DNA of 63,730 nucleotides, filler included, from Sandaracinaceae bacterium (GTDB lineage Bacteria; Myxococcota_A; Polyangia; Polyangiales; JADJQN01): NCBI GenBank assembly GCA_947483975.1. It is 3 parts of 3 records of this genome, joined end to end, with 100 filler letters (N's around TTAATTAATTAA, not from the genome) between each part and the next. Parts side by side here need not be neighbours in the genome. Positions count along the whole stretch, not along the records: positions 44,175 to 63,730 come from CANKOL010000055.1; 2 more parts are not named here. One strand, 5' to 3'. Shown piece by piece: positions 58,700 to 63,730 of this stretch (position 1 is its first letter; each line of letters starts with the position of its first letter). The notes under the pieces were generated by a model. It saw only the letters and a program-made list of their open reading frames with translations, ran no database searches and was not told where the DNA came from. The position numbers and the translations under genes were made by a program.

Positions 58700-59065
58700 T
58701 CACGAGGCGAGGCGCACGAGCGCGCTCGTCGCCGTCAGCACGGCGAGCCAAGCCAGCGTCGCCCGCCAGGAAGGGCGCGCCATCGCTCGGCCCACGACGA
58801 CCAGCGCCGCAGCGAGCACCGAGGCGCACGCGACGCACGCGAGGTCGGCCGAGTGCGCGAAGGAGCGCACCGTCACGCGCGCAAAGAGCAGCTCCGCGAG
58901 GTCGCGCGCGAGCCAGACGAGCAAAAAAGCCCCGACGAGGCGCGCCGAGCGCGCGAGCGACGCGAGGCGCGGGGCGTCCGCAGCGCCGGCGACGCGCACG
59001 CCGGCGAGCGTGAGGAGGGCGGCGGCGAGCGCCAGGACACCGCCGATCGTTCGGGCTGCGAGCAT
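58700..59065 (-). CDS. Hypothetical membrane protein
   Basis: About four hydrophobic segments; fills the gap between dbpA and the ACAD gene. Confidence 0.5.
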   Translation of the reverse strand: MLAARTIGGVLALAAALLTLAGVRVAGAADAPRLASLARSARLVGAFLLVWLARDLAELLFARVTVRSFAHSADLACVACASVLAAALVVVGRAMARPSWRATLAWLAVLTATSALVRLAS

Positions 59066-59150
59066 CGACCGGCAGTATAGCGAGCGCGGCTCCGAGGCCC
59101 GAACGAACGGCGCGCCCTTCCGCTTGCGGCCGACGGCGCGCTCCTGTAAA

Positions 59151-59164
59151 TGAATGGCCATTCA
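59151..59164. promoter_or_regulatory. Perfect 14-bp palindrome, candidate repressor operator
   Basis: TGAATGGCCATTCA, about 60 bp upstream of the ACAD start, in an AT-rich patch. Confidence 0.6.
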
Positions 59165-59222
59165 GGGCCGCGCGAACGCACACGCCGTGCGCCGCGCGGG
59201 CCTCCGAAGGGGAGCAGAGCCC

Positions 59223-60398
59223 ATGGCCGTCGCGACGCCGTTCAGCGAAGAACACGATCTCTTCCGCAAGCAGGTCCGGCAGTTCGTCGAGAAGGAGCTC
59301 GCGCCGAACGCGAACCAGTGGGAGGAGGACGAGCTCTTTCCGAACTGGGTCTTCAAGCGGGCGGGCGAGCTCGGCATCCTCGGCGCGCACTACCCGGAAG
59401 ACGTCGGCGGCGGCGGCGGCGACTACTGGTTCAGCGTCGCCAAGAGCGAGGAGCTCGTGCGCATCGGCGCGGCGGGCGTCGGCATGGGGCTGCTCGTGCA
59501 GAGCGATATGGCGACCCCGTGCATCAACGAGCTCGGCACGCGCGAGCAAAAGGACGAGTTCCTCGTCCCCGCGCTCGCGGGCGACAAGATCGCTGCGCTC
59601 GGCGTGAGCGAGCCGGGCGCCGGCTCCGACGTCGCGGGGCTGCGCACGACGGCGAAGAAGGTCGGCGGCGACTACGTCATCAACGGCAGCAAGACGTACA
59701 TCACCAACGGCACGCGCGCCGACTTCGTCACGCTGCTCGCGAAGACCGATCCCGCCGCGGGGCATATGGGCATCTCGATCTTCCTCGTGCCCACCGATCT
59801 CAAGGGTTTCTCCATCTCGAAGAAGCTCAAGAAGATGGGCAATCTCTCGAGCGACACGGCGGAGTTGTTCTACGACGACGTGACGATCCCTGCGCGGTAC
59901 CTCCTCGGCCAAGAGGGCCAGGGCTTCATCTATCTGATGCAGAACTTCCAGTCTGAGCGCCTGATCGCGTGCACGAGCGCGGTCGCCGGCGCGCGCCTCG
60001 CGCTCGATCGCTCGGTCGCGTGGGGCCGCGAGCGGCACGTGTTCGGCAAGCCGCTGATGAAGCGCGAGCTCTGGCAGCACAAGTTCGTCGACCTCTACAC
60101 CAAGCTCGAGGCGGCGCAGGCGCTCTCGTACAAGGCAGTCGAGTACTACAACCACGACAAGTACGTGGCGAAGGGCCCAGTCAGCTTCGAGACGACCAAG
60201 CTGATCTCGATGGCCAAGGTGTTCCTCGGCGATCTCTCGGGCGAGATCATGGACACCTGCGTGCAGTTCCACGGCGGCATGGGCTACCTCGAGGACCTCT
60301 GGGTCGCGCGCGCCTATCGCGACACTCGCCTCTTCCGCATCGGCGGCGGCACGACCGAGACGATGCGCTACGCGATCGCCAAGATCATGGGCTTCTGA
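59223..60398 (+). CDS. Acyl-CoA dehydrogenase
   Basis: GVSEPGAGSD, NGSKTYITNG, KKMG..SDTAEL, QSERL, QFHGGMGY, IGGGTTE. Confidence 0.96.
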   Translation: MAVATPFSEEHDLFRKQVRQFVEKELAPNANQWEEDELFPNWVFKRAGELGILGAHYPEDVGGGGGDYWFSVAKSEELVRIGAAGVGMGLLVQSDMATPCINELGTREQKDEFLVPALAGDKIAALGVSEPGAGSDVAGLRTTAKKVGGDYVINGSKTYITNGTRADFVTLLAKTDPAAGHMGISIFLVPTDLKGFSISKKLKKMGNLSSDTAELFYDDVTIPARYLLGQEGQGFIYLMQNFQSERLIACTSAVAGARLALDRSVAWGRERHVFGKPLMKRELWQHKFVDLYTKLEAAQALSYKAVEYYNHDKYVAKGPVSFETTKLISMAKVFLGDLSGEIMDTCVQFHGGMGYLEDLWVARAYRDTRLFRIGGGTTETMRYAIAKIMGF

Positions 60399-60503
60399 GC
60401 ACCTGCGTGGGACTCGACTCCCACGCTTCACATGGCAGTTCTCGACGATGGGATTCAGAGCGTGAGTAGCCAACTGGCACTCTCGCAGCGAAAGTGAGCT
60501 TTC

Positions 60504-61742
60504 ATGGGACACGCAAACATCATCGACGCGGTTCGTACACCGCGCGGTCGGGGCAAGAAGGACGTTGGGGCGCTCTCGGGGATTCACCCCGGCGAGCTGA
60601 TGGCCCAGACGCTCGATCAGCTCGTGACGCGCACGGGGATCAACGCCGCGGACCTCGAGGACGTCGTGCTCGGCACGGTCGCGCAGGTCAACGAGCAAGG
60701 CGGCTGCATCGCGCGCGGCAGCGTGCTCGCGTCGTCGACCATCCCCGTCGAGGTGAGCGCGGTGTCGCTCAACCGCTTCTGCGGCTCGGGCCTGCAAGCG
60801 GTGAATTTCGCCGCGATCGGCGTGATGTCGGGCACGCAGTCGCTCGTCATCGGCGGCGGCGTCGAGAGCATGTCGCGGGTGCCGATCGGCTCGGACGGCG
60901 CGGGCATGGACGGCAACAACCTCGTGCTGCGGCAGAAGATCTTCCAGGTCGGACAGGGGATCAGCGCCGACCTCATCGCGACGCGCGAGGGCTTCACGCG
61001 CGAGCAGCTCGATCAGTTCGCGCTCGAGTCGCAGCTCAAGGCGGAGGCGGCGCAGAAGGACAACCGCTTCTCGAGGTCGCTCTTCGCCGTGAAGGATCCG
61101 GTCACCGGCAAGGTCGTGCTCGAGGCAGACGAGTATCCGCGGCACGGCTCGACGATCGAGGGGCTCGCGGCGATCAAGGCGGCGTTCGAGAAGTACGGCG
61201 CGATGCCCGTGGGGCCGAACGGCGAGACGAGCGATCAGCTCGCGCTGCTCCGCTATCCGGAGGTCGGCGCGATCAAGCACCTGCACTCGGCGGGCAACGC
61301 GTCAGGCATCGTGGACGGCGCGTGCGCGGTGCTGCTCGCGTCGGACGACTACGTGAAGGCGCACGGGCTCAAGGTCCGCGGGCGGATTCGCGCGATGGCG
61401 ACCATCGCGGCGGAGCCTGTGATCATGCTGACCGCGCCGGCACCGGCGTCGAAGCGGGCGCTGCAAAAGGCCGGCATGACGGCGAAGGACATCGATCTTT
61501 GGGAGATCAACGAGGCGTTCGCGGCGGTGCCGCTCGAGACGATGCGGCGCCTCGAGATCGACCCGGCGAAGGTCAACGTGAACGGCGGCGCCATCGCCTT
61601 CGGTCACCCGCTCGGCGCGACGGGCGCGATGCTGCTGAACACCGCCCTCGACGAGCTCGAGCGGCGCGGCCTGCAGACCGCGCTGATCACGCTCTGCATC
61701 GGCGGCGGCATGGGCATCGCGACGATCATCGAGCGCGTCTGA
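60504..61742 (+). CDS. Acetyl-CoA C-acyltransferase (thiolase)
   Basis: [29 protein letters not shown]. Confidence 0.97.
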   Translation: MGHANIIDAVRTPRGRGKKDVGALSGIHPGELMAQTLDQLVTRTGINAADLEDVVLGTVAQVNEQGGCIARGSVLASSTIPVEVSAVSLNRFCGSGLQAVNFAAIGVMSGTQSLVIGGGVESMSRVPIGSDGAGMDGNNLVLRQKIFQVGQGISADLIATREGFTREQLDQFALESQLKAEAAQKDNRFSRSLFAVKDPVTGKVVLEADEYPRHGSTIEGLAAIKAAFEKYGAMPVGPNGETSDQLALLRYPEVGAIKHLHSAGNASGIVDGACAVLLASDDYVKAHGLKVRGRIRAMATIAAEPVIMLTAPAPASKRALQKAGMTAKDIDLWEINEAFAAVPLETMRRLEIDPAKVNVNGGAIAFGHPLGATGAMLLNTALDELERRGLQTALITLCIGGGMGIATIIERV

Positions 61743-61768
61743 CGAGCTCGTTCATCGAGCGCGGCTGA
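61723..61768. repeat. Imperfect 20-bp duplication of the thiolase 3' end
   Basis: CGATCATCGAGCGCGTCTGA (61723-61742) vs CGTTCATCGAGCGCGGCTGA (61749-61768), 18/20. Confidence 0.8.
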
Positions 61769-61780
61769 GCGCCTGTTGAC

Positions 61781-63730
61781 CTACCGAGGAGCTACGCGCG
61801 AGCGCGGCGCGTAGCTCCGTAGGATGCGCATATTTTCGGCGGAGAGCGCGCGCCACCACTGACGCCCTCGCCCGTCCGAGCGCGAGAGTCGCGCCAGCCC
61901 GTACGAGAGGAGTTGATTGTCGTCGGTGACGACGGCGTGTCCCGCGCTCAAGGCGCGCAGGGCGTCTTCATCGAGCAAGAAGCGCGCGTCGATTTGGGCC
62001 GCGTCGAGCGGTAGCCGAATGTCGCTCGCGCGAAGCTCCCAAGGCCTCGTCCCGCCGACGAGAATGCCAGTCCCGTCCGGATCCACCCACAGACGTGAGT
62101 GCGGAAAGACCTGCACGAAGGCGCCGACGATCGCCCGCATATGCTCGGGCGCGATCAGGTGGATTGGGAGCCACTGCGCGACGGTGCCCGCGCTGCGGAG
62201 GTGCGCCCGAATCAGCTCGTAGAACTCGACGGAATAGAGGTTGTTCACGCCCGCGTGGTTGGGCGGCATCGGCTCGAGCGTGACCGTGTCGAAGCGCGCG
62301 TCGGGATTTCGGCGCAAGAACGCGCGACCGTCCATCACCACCGGGCGAACGTGGCCATCCTGCAGCACTCCCTCGTTCATCGCGAAGAGCGGCGCCGCGG
62401 CGAACACCGCTGGATTCACGTCCACGATCGTGAGCGCGCCGGGGTGATGCGAGCGCACCGCGTTGGCCGTCTGCCCGGTGCCGAAGCAGATGACGAGCGC
62501 ACTGCGGAGTTGCGGAGTCGCGAGCGCGGGCAGGTCGCCCATCCAGCGCATATAGCCAGTCCCGGGGCCCTCGCCGGAGGCTTGAAAACCATCGATGATC
62601 AGGGCGCGTCGATGACCTCGCTGCTCGCGCGCGACCCAGACGGTGCTGTCGGGTCCCTCCGACACGAACGCGAGATCGAGGAGGTCCCCCGCGCCGAAGC
62701 CCTGCACACGATGCTGCGCGCCGCCGTCGTGCCGTTGCAGCGCGAACGCCAAGCCAAGCGCGCCGACGAAGAGCGCGCCGATGACGACTCGCGCGCTTCG
62801 CGCCATCACCACCGCGAGAGCGAGAAGCATCAGGCCCGCGGCCCAGCTCGTCGCGCTCGCGCCCAGGTGCGGCAGGAACACGAAGCCGCCGAGCAGCGAA
62901 CCGAGGACGGCGCCTGCGGTGTTGACGGCGTAGAGGCGCCCCGACGAGGTCGTCGTCGCGTGCTCGGCGAGCAGCCACGGGAACGACATCCCGAGCAGCG
63001 TCGCGGGCGCGAGGACGAGGCGCAGCACGCCCGCGAAGTGCAAGAGTGGAGTCGACGGAGAGGCGCTGTCAGCGCTCGTGGCCAAATCGAGCTGATCGAT
63101 CAGCGGAGTGACGTAGAGGACGGCGAACGCCGCGAGCGAGAGGAGGATGGGGAGCGCGCCCGCGAAGCGCCGCCGCACGCGCGGTGCGAGCCAGGCGCCG
63201 AGCGAGAGGGCGATCAAGAACGCGGCAATCAGGATCGAGAACGTCTCGGTCGTCGCCTGATACGCGGCTCGAATCGAGCGGAACCAGCTGACCTCGAGCA
63301 CGAACACCACGAACGCGCTCGAGAAGGCGAGCCCGAGCGCGCGCGGCGGAGGCCATTTCGTGGGGAGCTCCGCGGCTTGAACCTGCAGCTCGGACGAGCG
63401 CGTGAGCGCCCAGAGCCCGACGCTCAGGTTGATCGACGCGCCGAGCATGGCGGTCGCGGAGACGCCCAAGAGCGGGAGCGCGACGAAGGTGGCGAGGAGC
63501 ACGCCGACGACCGCGCCTGCGGTGTTGAGCGCGTAGATCGTGGGGAGGGTCGTCCCGACGCGCCGCGCCCAGGGCGCGAGCAGAGGCAGGGTCGCGCCCA
63601 TCGCCGCGGCGGGCACCAGCAGCAGCAGTCCGATGCCGAGCGCGTGCGTCGCGTCAGCGAGCGCCGGCGAGCGCGCGTAGAGCGTCGTGTCGACGACGGC
63701 GAGCACGCGCAACCCGGGGGCCACGCAGAG
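61781..63730 (-). CDS. Fused MFS-like membrane domain/spermidine synthase-like methyltransferase, 5'-truncated
   Basis: Repeated YALNTAGAVVG/YAVNTAGAVLG, LVICFGTGQT, DGRAFL, NLYSVEFY, AQWLP. Confidence 0.9.
   Translation of the reverse strand, partial: LCVAPGLRVLAVVDTTLYARSPALADATHALGIGLLLLVPAAAMGATLPLLAPWARRVGTTLPTIYALNTAGAVVGVLLATFVALPLLGVSATAMLGASINLSVGLWALTRSSELQVQAAELPTKWPPPRALGLAFSSAFVVFVLEVSWFRSIRAAYQATTETFSILIAAFLIALSLGAWLAPRVRRRFAGALPILLSLAAFAVLYVTPLIDQLDLATSADSASPSTPLLHFAGVLRLVLAPATLLGMSFPWLLAEHATTTSSGRLYAVNTAGAVLGSLLGGFVFLPHLGASATSWAAGLMLLALAVVMARSARVVIGALFVGALGLAFALQRHDGGAQHRVQGFGAGDLLDLAFVSEGPDSTVWVAREQRGHRRALIIDGFQASGEGPGTGYMRWMGDLPALATPQLRSALVICFGTGQTANAVRSHHPGALTIVDVNPAVFAAAPLFAMNEGVLQDGHVRPVVMDGRAFLRRNPDARFDTVTLEPMPPNHAGVNNLYSVEFYELIRAHLRSAGTVAQWLPIHLIAPEHMRAIVGAFVQVFPHSRLWVDPDGTGILVGGTRPWELRASDIRLPLDAAQIDARFLLDEDALRALSAGHAVVTDDNQLLSYGLARLSRSDGRGRQWWRALSAENMRILRSYAPRSRVAPR

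Overview
A very GC-rich bacterial window. Gene content (MYXO-CTERM-like tail, DUF4388-like, DUF2330-like and HEAT-cyclophilin proteins) suggests Myxococcota/Polyangia; this taxon call is inference. The window is three contigs (1-22081, 22182-44074, 44175-63730) joined by artificial N44-TTAATTAATTAA-N44 linkers, so adjacency across linkers is meaningless. Contig 1 is core-like: thrA/metL, serC, tRNA-Ala(CGC), bioFD, parS-like palindromes, cbpA, uppS-cdsA, an Omp85-DUF4390-NtrY-TlpA run and a non-canonical Fic protein. Contig 2 begins inside a probable group II intron and carries a hybrid kinase, maiA, an ArnT-like glycosyltransferase, a GMC oxidoreductase operon and a lipA-2-oxoacid dehydrogenase operon. 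Contig 3 carries a USP/TerB/divergent ECF-anti-sigma stress cluster, an acyltransferase-Adc-ACAD-LeuA-like-HcrCAB-like-MocA cluster, dbpA and beta-oxidation genes. Best leads: the DRE-TIM enzyme translationally coupled to a 4-hydroxybenzoyl-CoA-reductase-like molybdoenzyme, the His-less Fic, the divergent ECF/ZAS pair, the tRNA with C33 and recurrent duplications of gene 3' ends. All family calls come from motif recognition by eye, not database searches.
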